A stretch of 58,920 nucleotides of DNA, filler included. It is 8 parts of 8 records of this genome, joined end to end, with 100 filler letters (N's around TTAATTAATTAA, not from the genome) between each part and the next. Parts side by side here need not be neighbours in the genome. Positions count along the whole stretch, not along the records: positions 25,420 to 31,479 come from SRR31147125_35081; positions 31,580 to 38,141 come from SRR31147125_35088; positions 38,242 to 45,578 come from SRR31147125_35199; 5 more parts are not named here. One strand, given 5' to 3'. Position 1 is the stretch's first letter. The number at the start of each line of letters is the position of its first letter. Below, in pieces: positions 30,513-40,833 of the stretch. The notes beneath the pieces are model-generated. The model was not told the DNA's origin. It did no database searches and worked only from the letters and a program-made list of their open reading frames with translations. Both the position numbers and the translations under genes were made by a program.

Positions 30513-31161
30513 GGTCAATCAATTGGTGTGGTGAATCGATAATAATATCCGCGCCGCTCTCTTCGAGTTCCCTGCGTTCGCGAAATCCCCAGGTGACCCC
30601 GACGGTCGTCATGCCGGCGGATTTGCCGGTTTTCATGTCGACGCTGGTATCGCCGACGAATAAACAGTGCGCGGGTGAAACGTCAATCTCGTTCGCGATG
30701 GCAAGGGCCGCATCCGGTGCCGGTTTCTTGGGAACCTCCGGACGGTTGCCGTATACGTGGCTGAATGGGATATCAGAAAAAAAGTGGGTGAAGTATATTT
30801 GAGTGAATGCGTCCGGCTTATTGGACAGAATCGCAAGTGTAAGCGGAAGCCTGCCGAGTTCGGTGAGCATGTCGGTAATGCCCGGGTACGGGCAGGTTGT
30901 CTGACGCCAGGTGGTCTCATATATCTGTGTAAACTGACGGGCCACCTCATCCGTCTGCCGCTGCGAAGAGCCAGCCGGGACGATCCGGCTGGCGAGTACC
31001 GCGAGTCCGTCGCCGACGAAATACCGGTATGCATCAACCGGGTGGCCGGGAAAGCTCATGCTCCCGAGGGCCTGGTTGGCTGCAGCGGCTATATCTGCCA
31101 GGGAGTCGATCAATGTTCCATCCAGGTCAAAGAGAATCGCCTGGTAGTGTTTTGGGTCCAT
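30493..31161 (-). CDS. HAD-family hydrolase (phosphoglycolate phosphatase-like)
   Basis: Motifs FDLDGTL, SNK, KPAP, VGDTSVDM and TWGFR. Confidence 0.92.
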   Translation of the reverse strand: MDPKHYQAILFDLDGTLIDSLADIAAAANQALGSMSFPGHPVDAYRYFVGDGLAVLASRIVPAGSSQRQTDEVARQFTQIYETTWRQTTCPYPGITDMLTELGRLPLTLAILSNKPDAFTQIYFTHFFSDIPFSHVYGNRPEVPKKPAPDAALAIANEIDVSPAHCLFVGDTSVDMKTGKSAGMTTVGVTWGFRERRELEESGADIIIDSPHQLIDHVSNYR

Positions 31162-31320
31162 ATAGTTCTCACAGAAATGGGGTGCCGTCCTGTGACGTCA
31201 ATTTTTCCGGCCCCCGGCTCAATAAGTTATTGAAAAAGTAATCTTTTAAATTTAGTTTGAGTCGATAAAAACTGTAGCATTGTTCCTTTCAACCAAAACG
31301 GACTTCAGCGAAAGAGGTAC

Positions 31321-31479
31321 ATGGTTATGTGGTTTGTCTCCTTTATCAAGACTTCGATAGGCAAGAAACTGGTTATGGCAACTTCCGGATTCCTGCTGCT
31401 GTGCTTTCTTGCCGTTCATGCTTTCGGCAACGCTGCAATATACATGGGTAGCAAATATTTTCAAATATATGCTGATGCA
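31321..31479 (+). CDS. sdhC: Succinate dehydrogenase/fumarate reductase cytochrome b subunit (3' truncated)
   Basis: SIGKKLVMATSGFLLLCFLAVHAFGN. Confidence 0.8.
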
Positions 31480-31579
31480 NNNNNNNNNNNNNNNNNNNNN
31501 NNNNNNNNNNNNNNNNNNNNNNNTTAATTAATTAANNNNNNNNNNNNNNNNNNNNNNNNNNNNNNNNNNNNNNNNNNNN

Positions 31580-31735
31580 GGGGCTGTCGAGCTCGGTTGG
31601 AGCTTTCCACTTTTCAACTATCCCTTTTTCAAAGGCTATATCCAATACTTCTCCGGTTATGGGGAGAGCCTGATCGATTACGACCGATACGTCAACCGTA
31701 TCGGAATCGGCCTGCAGTTTACCGATATCCTGTAG
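31580..31735 (+). CDS. pldA: Outer-membrane phospholipase A, C-terminal fragment (absent from the ORF track)
   Basis: Frame from 31580 reads GAVELGWSFP...YIQYFSGYGESLIDYD...RIGIG...DIL*. Confidence 0.85.
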   Translation, partial: GAVELGWSFPLFNYPFFKGYIQYFSGYGESLIDYDRYVNRIGIGLQFTDIL

Positions 31736-31945
31736 CGGGCCGATTCATCCGGTTGTTTGTGCGAGCATGGGTGAGACCTTCTGATAGAAAAGAAGTAGTG
31801 GGTTTGTTGCGCGCTACGGTGTAGATTTCCTGGATCTCATAATAGAGATATCAAACGGAATCGGTTTGCTCCCTGGGAAGACCTGCACATTCACGGGCGT
31901 TCAGGCAGCAAGACGCCACAATCACGCACCTCCGGGAAACAGACC

Positions 31946-34309
31946 ATGAGAATGTATCTACCCCTCCTGTTCTTATTCAGCCTCTTTCTTGTTGCATGTA
32001 CCAAGCCGGTTCCTCAGAATCCGGCGTATCAGTTCTCCCCGCCGACTCGGCAGCTCGATTATTTCACTGATGTCGAACCGGTTCTGGTCAAGCGGTGCGT
32101 GGTCTGCCATTCCTGCTACAATTCCCCCTGTCAGCTCAAGCTGAGTTCCTGGGATGGGCTCGAGCGCGGTGCGAGTAAAGAGTCCATCTATAACGCCAGC
32201 AGGTTGAAGACGATGGATCCAAGCCGTCTGCTCGTCGATGCGCATTCAGCTGAGGAGTGGCGGGATAAAGGGTTTTTCGGTGTGACGCAGAAAGAAGGGG
32301 AGCGACCCGATGACTCGATCATGTATATGCTTCTCGAACACAAGCGAACGTCGCCAGTGGTGAGCGGTGAGTATTTCCCGGAGGCAGGCGATCTGACCTG
32401 CGCCGAGGATACGAAGGAGCTCGGAAACTACCTGGAAAAGCACCCCAACCGGGGTATGCCGTTCGGGTTTCCGCCGCTTGAACAGGATGAATTCAACGTG
32501 GTTGCCGGCTGGCTGATGCAGGGTGCGCGCGGACCGTCGGCGGAGCAGCAGGCGGCTTTACGGGCGATTCCTGACCAGGACCAGGTGATGGTCGACAAAT
32601 GGGAAACGTTTCTCAACAAACCTGATCCCAAATACCGTATGACGGCCCGGTATCTCTATGAGCATCTTTTCCTCGCCCATATTTCCTTTGAAACGGGCAG
32701 CAACGAGTTTTACGAATTGGTCCGTTCCACGACCGGCCCCGGGGACCCGATAGATATCATCGCGACGGTGAGACCGTATGATGATCCTGAAACCGGTACA
32801 TTCTATTACCGGTTCAGAAAGATCTACTCGACCATCGTTCATAAAACACACATGGTCTTTCCGCTCGATAATGGGCAATTCGCACGCGTCGAAGAGCTGT
32901 TCATATCACCGGAGTGGCTGGAGGAGCCTCACCTCGCCGGCTACGACCGAATCACAAGCGCCAACCCGTTTATCACTTTCGAGCAGATACCTCCCAGGGC
33001 GCGATACCAGTGGCTGCTCGATAACGTCCACTACACGATCATGACCTTTATCCGCGGCCCGGTCTGTAAAGGGCAGGTTGCGCTGAACGTTATCGAGGAT
33101 CATTTCTGGTTGATGTTTCTCGATCCGGAATACGATCTTTCTGTGAGGTATCCAGGGTTTCTGAAACTGCATGGTGACAATCTCAGGATGCCCGCCGAGA
33201 ACGGAAGCGATTACAAGCTGTTGAAATCACTTCTGGATAACAGTCATTATAAATGGGCGGTTGACTATTACCGGGAACGGCAGCGGTTTTATTCGGCGGT
33301 GTATCCGGATGGGCTGAATGTCGGGTCGATCTGGAAAGGAAAACGGGCGTCAGACCAACCGGTGTTGACGGTTTTCAGGCATTTCGACAGTGCCTCGGTG
33401 CACCGGGGGGTACTGGGTAATCTGCCTAAGACCATGTGGGTCGTTGACTACCCCCTTCTCGAGAGGATCTATTACGCACTGGTCGCGGGGTTTGATGTAT
33501 ATGGAACCGCCGGGCACCAGCTTGCCACCCGTTTGTATATGGATGCGCTTCGTATCGAGGGAGAGAGCTATTTCCTTGATTTCATGCCAGAAGAGCAGCG
33601 AGCGCCGATGATGGCATCCTGGTATGTCGGTATTCCGGAAGACAAACTGCACTACTATCCAGCCCCGATACCTTCAGGCAGCAGATTTACCACAGATGAA
33701 CCGAAACGGGAATTTATCGAGCAGGTGGTGAACGATCATATCGCAGCCGAGGGGATCTCTTTCGGGACCAATTACCTCGCGGCAGGTGAGTCCTATCCGC
33801 CTGTTCCCCGGGAGTATTATACACTCAAGGATATTATTGACGGATTTATCGCCGTTTCAGCACCAGGCGTATCGTTTTTCCGGCATGTTTCCGATCACAA
33901 CGCCAATGTTGCCTGGGTTCGCGTCACGGATATCCCGGGAGAGGATGACGTTGTCATCTCGGCGGTGGTCGATCGCTGGCACGACAACGTCAGGTTCCTG
34001 TTCAGGGAGAAGCACTTTCTCGACTCGTCAAAGGATCGGGCTGACTTTATTCCCGGTTTCGTCGGCTCGTATCCGAATTATTTCCTCGTGGTGAAGTGGG
34101 CCGATATACCTGATTTTCTCGATGTTCTCGACAACTATGACGGAAGTGATCTGTACATCGGAAAACTGGAAAAATACGGGGTGAACCGGGCTGAACCTGA
34201 TTTCTGGACGCATTACGACTGGTTTCAGAGGAAATTCAACGAATCTGATCCGCGAAATTCAGGATTGATCGATCTCAACCGGTACTATTATCTCGCCGTG
34301 AAGAATTGA
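31946..34309 (+). CDS. cti: Fatty acid cis/trans isomerase (heme-c lipoprotein)
   Basis: Lipobox LVAC, CVVCHSCYNSPCQLKL, RYLYEHLFLAH, FIRGPVCKGQVALNVI, FRHFDSASV and GSYPN. Confidence 0.93.
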   Translation: MRMYLPLLFLFSLFLVACTKPVPQNPAYQFSPPTRQLDYFTDVEPVLVKRCVVCHSCYNSPCQLKLSSWDGLERGASKESIYNASRLKTMDPSRLLVDAHSAEEWRDKGFFGVTQKEGERPDDSIMYMLLEHKRTSPVVSGEYFPEAGDLTCAEDTKELGNYLEKHPNRGMPFGFPPLEQDEFNVVAGWLMQGARGPSAEQQAALRAIPDQDQVMVDKWETFLNKPDPKYRMTARYLYEHLFLAHISFETGSNEFYELVRSTTGPGDPIDIIATVRPYDDPETGTFYYRFRKIYSTIVHKTHMVFPLDNGQFARVEELFISPEWLEEPHLAGYDRITSANPFITFEQIPPRARYQWLLDNVHYTIMTFIRGPVCKGQVALNVIEDHFWLMFLDPEYDLSVRYPGFLKLHGDNLRMPAENGSDYKLLKSLLDNSHYKWAVDYYRERQRFYSAVYPDGLNVGSIWKGKRASDQPVLTVFRHFDSASVHRGVLGNLPKTMWVVDYPLLERIYYALVAGFDVYGTAGHQLATRLYMDALRIEGESYFLDFMPEEQRAPMMASWYVGIPEDKLHYYPAPIPSGSRFTTDEPKREFIEQVVNDHIAAEGISFGTNYLAAGESYPPVPREYYTLKDIIDGFIAVSAPGVSFFRHVSDHNANVAWVRVTDIPGEDDVVISAVVDRWHDNVRFLFREKHFLDSSKDRADFIPGFVGSYPNYFLVVKWADIPDFLDVLDNYDGSDLYIGKLEKYGVNRAEPDFWTHYDWFQRKFNESDPRNSGLIDLNRYYYLAVKN

Positions 34310-34389
34310 ACTGCAAGGGGTGCAGCTGTTTTCGTGATCCGGAGAGCCTGTTTACCTGAGTTTCTCCTCAGGTTTGTGATGAATGTGAT

Positions 34390-35476
34390 CTATGCGGAGT
34401 ACATTTCGTAATCAGTATACCCTTCAGGACCTTCTGTATACCAGAGGGACATATCGTCGAAGGGGGCAAGGGGCCACTCGTTCTTGAATCGTTCCACAAG
34501 GTCCGGATTGCTGATATATGGTCGGCCAAAGGCAGCTAGATCCGCCACCCCTTCCGAGATGCGCCGGGTGGCGTCGGACAGGGTGTAACCGCAATTGCCG
34601 ATGATAATGCCCGTGTAGTGTTCCCTGAATTCAGTCAGGTTCATCGGAGTTCCTTTCTCATGAAACCCGAAGGCGAGTCCGTCCATGATATGGACATAGG
34701 CAAGGTTGAGAGCATTCAGCTTCTTGATCAGGTACAGATAGGTTTCCCTGAAATCCTCGCTTCCCATATCATTGAATACACCATTAGGGGAAATCCTCAC
34801 TCCTACCCGGTTCGACGGCCAGACTTCACAAACGGCGTCCAGCACTTCAAGGAGAAGCCGGCATCTGTTTTCGGGGCTCCCCCGTATGCATCGGTACGGT
34901 TGTTTGTTCTTGAATCGAGAAACTGGTTAAGCAGATACCCGTTTGCACCATGTACCTCGACACCGGAAAAACCGGCTTCACGGGCATTGGATGAAGCTGC
35001 CCGGTAATCTTGTATCGTACGCTGTATTTCATCGATCGTGAGTGGGTGCGGCGTCTCGTAATCCTTTTTGCCGAGAGGCGTATGTATCTGATCACCCTGT
35101 AACTTTACAGCAGACGCGGATACCGGAGCTTCACCGCTGTGGAAATCACTGTGAGAGGCTCTTCCGCAGTGCCATAATTGCAGAAACAGGTGGCTGCCGG
35201 TGGGGTTGACCCGATCGGTAACCGTGCGCCATCCTTCTGTCATCTCCTCCGTGTAAATTCCCGGTGAACCAATCCAGCCAATGCCCCGGGGGAAACCACA
35301 GTGGCCTCCGTGATGAGCATGCCCGCCGAAGAGCGTTGCAGATAGTATTCAGCCATCAGGTCGTTGGGAACCCTTGCAGACCCGGCCCTGCCTCTTGTCA
35401 TCGGGGCCATCGTTATCCTGTTTTTCAGTATCAGGTCACCAACAGTAACTGGATCGAATAGAGATGGTGTGGTCAT
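34390..35476 (-). CDS. Old-yellow-enzyme alkene reductase (NemA-like), split by two homopolymer frameshifts (~35290, ~34880)
   Basis: NRITMAPMTRGRA, LQLWHCGRASH, EVHGANGYLLNQF, GVRISP and FGRPYISNPDL are spread over three frames. Confidence 0.9.
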
Positions 35477-35654
35477 TTGAGTCTCCCCGCTTCCTCTGCT
35501 ATTGTGGTTGACGAAATTCTCGTATTTACGTATATGTTAGTGCAAAGTACTACACAGTAGTATCGCATTTAGATGGTAAACCCAACTGGTATCCAGTCAA
35601 GTGGATGAGTCAATTTCTCTTGAAATTAGGTAAAAATACCTATAAACAACGTGT

Positions 35655-36068
35655 ATGCTTTACAAACGATTGCACATACGGGTACCTGCAGCTGGCGACG
35701 TAACCCTGTTGAAGGGGGAGTCGATCATTTTATCAGCCAGTGCGATTAATATCAGTGGTGGTGGAATCGCTTTGTCCGCATCCTCCCATATACTCGATCA
35801 GGCCGAGTACCAGGTTCAGATTCATTTGCAGGCTTACGGAGTCGTGCATTTTGCGGGGGTTCCGGTGCATCAGTCAGATAACAGCATCGGAATGAAAATC
35901 ACCTCCATTGACGAAGACAACCTGCATATCATCTACAAACTTGTCGAAGACTTCCAGCTCACCGAGGATTTCATCAAACACATCGATACCGGCAATATCA
36001 TCGATGACTGGCTCACCGACGATTCGGGGAAAGACCTGCCGATTACGTTTGAATCTTCCGATTCGTAG
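35655..36068 (+). CDS. PilZ domain protein
   Basis: KRLHIR (RxxxR) and NISGGG (D/NxSxxG). Confidence 0.8.
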   Translation: MLYKRLHIRVPAAGDVTLLKGESIILSASAINISGGGIALSASSHILDQAEYQVQIHLQAYGVVHFAGVPVHQSDNSIGMKITSIDEDNLHIIYKLVEDFQLTEDFIKHIDTGNIIDDWLTDDSGKDLPITFESSDS

Positions 36069-36414
36069 TCTGGTGGCACTGCTCATGAACCTCTGATTCT
36101 TGGGTAATGCAGGACTCTGTATTTATGAAGATACCTGGGGAAATTATGGAAGGCGTATCGGTCATATAGTTTATCCTGCTCAACGTGACCCACTGGGTGT
36201 GTTTCTCTCGGGGTATTCCTTGAGCATGACGAGACCGTGGAGCAAATGATTGCAAACTCGAGAGGCACTATCGATTTTGATTTCCGGAACCATCTGTCTA
36301 GCCTGGTGGAAGGTTCGATGATTTCTATCCGCTGAAAAGGCTATCGAGTCTCACCGATATCTATTATAATCCGGCGCCAGGAACCGATGATCATTTCAAC
36401 CAGGTAGGCCATCA

Positions 36415-36690
36415 ATGAGAGACCTGAGAAAACCCTGTATTAACAAAGATTTTACGGCAGAAGAGTTTGAAGATGAGATCCTCCTCTATTCTTTGAGTGA
36501 TTCCACTGCAGTATATTTGAATAACACCGCGCACCTTGTCTGGCAGCTCTGCGGCACGGACCGGACGGTAGATGAAATTATCGGCCTGCTGAAAGAAACC
36601 TATCCGGATCATCAGGAACAGATTGATCACGATGTCTCGGTCGCGCTACGCTCACTTGCGAGTATTGGTGCGATATCATTTGAAACCTGA
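36415..36690 (+). CDS. Stand-alone PqqD / RiPP-recognition-element family protein
   Basis: LNNTAHLVWQLCGTDRTVDEIIGLLKETYP...IDHDV...L..L...G. Confidence 0.85.
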   Translation: MRDLRKPCINKDFTAEEFEDEILLYSLSDSTAVYLNNTAHLVWQLCGTDRTVDEIIGLLKETYPDHQEQIDHDVSVALRSLASIGAISFET

Positions 36691-36791
36691 CACAGGTGAG
36701 ATGGCGATAGATCGATCAGGTATTCTGTTTTCCCAGACCAGCGTGGAAATCCAGGTATGCTGAACGACCGAAATTCCGGGCGGAGGGGCTC

Positions 36792-38141
36792 TCACCCTAT
36801 CGAGTTAAGGTAGTTTTCCAGGGAGCCGTATCTTTTCAGCCAGTCGCCTGCGTCCTGAGTCGGCTCCGGGATGTCATCCAGAATGGTTTCGTAAACGGAG
36901 TGACGGTAGGCAACAGCCTTGTGGCGGGGCGGACTGTCCGGTTCTGTATCATGATCGTCGTTCGATGGTGGGGGTGGGCTTTCACCATGCAGTCGGAAGA
37001 TGCGCCACTCTTTCCGTGAGGCGAGATCCTGCATCTCTTTTTTATATACTGCTATATTCTGGGTGAAGGAGGCAGATTCTCCTTCGACCACCAGGATTGT
37101 TTCTAGACCCTGGTATTTGGCACTGCTGATAATGGCTCGGAGGGTCAGGGCTGAAGCCAGAACTGGATCGGCCTGGAGCTCGATCTTTTCAACGAATCGC
37201 ACCCTTCCGGCCAGTCCCGGCACTGATGAAAGGTCCTGGTTGCATTTGCTGGGAAGCGATTCAGAGTAGGGCGTGATACAGTAGACCGTGTCGAAGTACA
37301 TGAACGGGGAACTCATTTCTTCCTCGACCCAGGCAAACACCATCTTGGCTGGATCTTCGCCGAGGTGCTCGATGAAGTGTTCCCTGATCGGATCTTCGTT
37401 CAGGCCGAGTTCGCGATGACCGAGCAGGTAGTTGAACACCCGGTCTTCCCATTTGATCTGGTAAGGGGGGCCTAACGGTCGCTCAAAACGGTGAATCCAC
37501 TGAAGAAAGGGAAGGCACAGAGTTCTGCCCCCATTCTGACGGATTTTCTCGTGGATATAACCTTCTTCGCCACCGAATCCGCGGAATCTGGGGTTGAGCC
37601 CCGGCCAGGCGTCCTTTCGGCAGGCGAACATCCCCAACCCCTGCATTGGGATCTCGAAAGGCTGTTCATCCTCATTCTCGAGCCGTGCGTCCTTCTTCCA
37701 CGTCCCGTACATCCCTTTTCTCCATCTCGGCTCGAAGTGACTACTCATATCCACCATGTTTATCCCGAGAAGGGGCCCCTGGAGGAGGTCTTTGGGGTTG
37801 TCCATCGTATCCATGTAGTCGACCAACCTGGCCAGAGACCCGGGAGCGAGCAGTACGTGGCAGTCGAGCACCACAACATAATCACCCTGCGCCTCACGGA
37901 AGATGAGGTCTCGTACTGCGGTACTGTTATATTCGTTGAACGGGATGTATCGATACCCGGCCAGCGTTTTATCCAGTTTTTTCAGGCTCGCGGCGCAGGG
38001 ACCGGTAGGATTGTTGTCGATGACCACGATTTCCGATATATCGGTTATCTCGGGGTGGTAGAAACGGAGGGAGACGGCCGTGAAGAACACCCCGTCAAAA
38101 TCGTCGTAGGTGGCCATTCCGATGGTCAAGCGTTTCTTTTT
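36792..38141 (-). CDS. Glycosyltransferase family 2 with a C-terminal degenerate GT25-like domain (5' truncated)
   Basis: TIGMATYDD, VVIDNNP, LDCHV and GFGGEEGY. The tail has FDTVYCI...ILVVEGE...AVAYRHSVY. Confidence 0.78.
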   Translation of the reverse strand, partial: KKKRLTIGMATYDDFDGVFFTAVSLRFYHPEITDISEIVVIDNNPTGPCAASLKKLDKTLAGYRYIPFNEYNSTAVRDLIFREAQGDYVVVLDCHVLLAPGSLARLVDYMDTMDNPKDLLQGPLLGINMVDMSSHFEPRWRKGMYGTWKKDARLENEDEQPFEIPMQGLGMFACRKDAWPGLNPRFRGFGGEEGYIHEKIRQNGGRTLCLPFLQWIHRFERPLGPPYQIKWEDRVFNYLLGHRELGLNEDPIREHFIEHLGEDPAKMVFAWVEEEMSSPFMYFDTVYCITPYSESLPSKCNQDLSSVPGLAGRVRFVEKIELQADPVLASALTLRAIISSAKYQGLETILVVEGESASFTQNIAVYKKEMQDLASRKEWRIFRLHGESPPPPSNDDHDTEPDSPPRHKAVAYRHSVYETILDDIPEPTQDAGDWLKRYGSLENYLNSIG

Positions 38142-38241
38142 NNNNNNNNNNNNNNNNNNNNNNNNNNNNNNNNNNNNNNNNNNNNTTAATTAATTAANNN
38201 NNNNNNNNNNNNNNNNNNNNNNNNNNNNNNNNNNNNNNNNN

Positions 38242-40550
38242 AAGGATTAATATCTTACAACCAGTTAAATACAGAATCAAAAATTAAATACTACCACCAA
38301 TCAGATGGGATTCAGGGAGATATTTTTCTGGTTAATTCATATTTTAAAACGCTTGACGGTGAAATGTATTTTGGTGGAGATGAAGGCTTTACCCGTTTTT
38401 ATCCTCAAGAGGTTAAACCAAACACAATAGAGCCGAAAGTTAGTCTTACAAATTTGAGTTTTAATAATAAAATAGTACAGATTGGAGACACCATCTACGG
38501 AAAAGAAATTTTAAACACTCATATAGATTACACTAAAAAGCTGGTCTTTAACCACAAGCACAAAGTTTTTAGTATTGGTGTAGCTGTAATACATTATCAA
38601 AACCCTGATGGCAACATTATTAAATATAAACTAGATGGTTACGATAAAGAATGGCGAACCATACCTGCCAAATACAGAAATGTATATTATTCGAACCTTC
38701 CAACCGGAATCTATACCCTAAACATAAAAGCAATAAATTCTGATAACGTTATCTCTTCCAACGTAAAGCAGATTGAAATAGAAGTAAAGCCTCCATGGTA
38801 TTTCACTTGGTATATGGTAACCATATTTATTATAGTGGCATTATCGGTTTTATTTAGTTTGGGTTTTATAATTGTTAACAGGCAACGGCTTGTTTATGAG
38901 ACAAAAATTGATAAGCTTAAACTTGATAATGCTGAAAGCAAAATGAGGTTTTTAACGAATATTGCCCATGGTCTAAAAACCCCATTAAGTCTTGTAATTG
39001 CACCTACAGAAGATTTGGTGAACAACTATACCGATATTAAAAAGGAATGGAAAGAGCATCTAATTTTAATTCACAGAAATTCCAATTACCTTTTAAAATT
39101 AATCAACCAAATAATTGATTTTAGGAAACTTAACTCCGGGAAGCTAAAACTCAATTTAATGAATGCAGATATTATTGAACTGCTAAGAGAAGTAATTTAC
39201 AATTTCAAAAGTTTTGAAACGCATAAACAAATCCAAATTAAATTAGATGTCCCATTTGATTCATTAATACTAAATATTGATAGGCAAAAGATTGAAGAAG
39301 TTTTATATAATTTATTATCTAATGCTTTTAAACACACCGATACAAACAAGAAAATTATTCTCTCACTACAAGTAATTGAAAACGAAGACAACACAAATAA
39401 GAATATTGTAAAAATTACAGTATTTAATGAGGGGGAAACAATTTCAGAAGAAGAACAAACTAAAATATTTGAACGATTTTACAAAATTGATGATAAAAAA
39501 GATGGTGCAGGAATAGGCCTATCTTTTTCAAAATCTCTAATTGAATTACATTCAGGAGATATAGAAGTTGAATCATTACAAGGAAAAGGAATGGCATTTC
39601 ATGTTTTACTCCCATACAACACAATGTCTGACGTTACGGAAAATATAATACTCCCAAACACAAACAAGAATAATATTCAAAACACCGAATCATTTATAAC
39701 AGAGAATAACATTGATGAATCCATACATCAAAAGGATGATAAATTACTTAAGGTAGTTCTGGTTGAAGACAATGACGAGTTAAGGAATTTTCTAAAAAAT
39801 ATACTTTCGAGACGCTATAATTGTTATGATGCACCCAATGGTCATGATGGGTATTCTTTAATAAAAGAAATAATTCCGGACATTGTGATTTCTGATATAA
39901 TTATGCCAGAAATGGATGGCTATGAATTATGTAAAAAAATTAAAGCAAATTCGAAAACATGCCATATACCAATAATCCTCCTATCAGCAAAAAGTTCGCA
40001 TGAACAGATTGTAAAAGGATACCAGCTTGGTGCAGATACTTACGTTACAAAACCCTTTGATATTGAAATAATATCGTCTCAAATATCACGGTTAATTAAA
40101 AACCGGGAATTAATAAAGAAAAAATACCAGGAACAAAACTTTATGGTAGAAGTTTCAACCAGCAACCTTTCGAAGGATGATGAGTTTATTCTTAATATTA
40201 GGGAGTTACTGGAAAACAATTTATCTGACGCTAATTACAATGTTAAACAAATAGCAGACGACCTTGAAGTAAGTACCACACAACTTTATAGAAAACTTAA
40301 AGCCATAACAGGATATTCGCCCGTTGAATTCCTCAGGATTATACGCCTGCAATATGCTTATAAACTAATAAATGACAGGAAAAAAAGTGTTAAAGAAGTT
40401 TGTTATCTATCTGGATTTAATAATATCTCATATTTTATAAAATGTTTCAAAGATCAGTTTGGGATTACACCAGCCAGTATGAGGGATAATGGAAATGCCT
40501 TACACGAAAATTTTGATGACACAAAACATACAAGGATACAAAAATTATAA
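38242..40550 (+). CDS. Hybrid two-component system (Y_Y_Y, TM, HisKA/HATPase, REC, AraC HTH), 5' partial
   Basis: YSNLPTGIY, PPWYFTW, AHGLKTPL, NLLSNAFK, GAGIGL, SDIIMPEMDG and GFNNISYFIKCFKDQFG. Confidence 0.93.
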
Positions 40551-40592
40551 CAGGCAATATTGCAATTGATTGATTAACAAAAAACTATATTT

Positions 40593-40641
40593 TACCTTTG
40601 TTTTATGGTGTTTCTTCTCTAGGTATTTTTTTCTATGTTTG
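40593..40641 (+). promoter_or_regulatory. Candidate Bacteroidota -7 promoter elements (TAnnTTTG)
   Basis: TACCTTTG (40593-40600) and TATGTTTG (40634-40641) lie upstream of the fasciclin gene. Confidence 0.4.
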
Positions 40642-40833
40642 ACCCCGAGAAGTGAACAATTAACATAACAATACTAACTTAACGTGACCTTGTCGCTTGC
40701 TCTATATCAAACAATATTTATTGATTATTAGTGAATATTAATTCGGGTAGGATTATTCACCCTAATAATCACAAGGTAAGTTTTTAGTGTACCACTAACA
40801 CTGGTAGCACAAAATAATTATAACATAACTAAA

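Noticed and set aside
34390-35476. Programmed frameshifting or pseudogenisation of the alkene reductase
   Set aside because: Both shifts are single missing bases in C/G runs, the catalytic motifs are intact, and the same error type occurs throughout the window.
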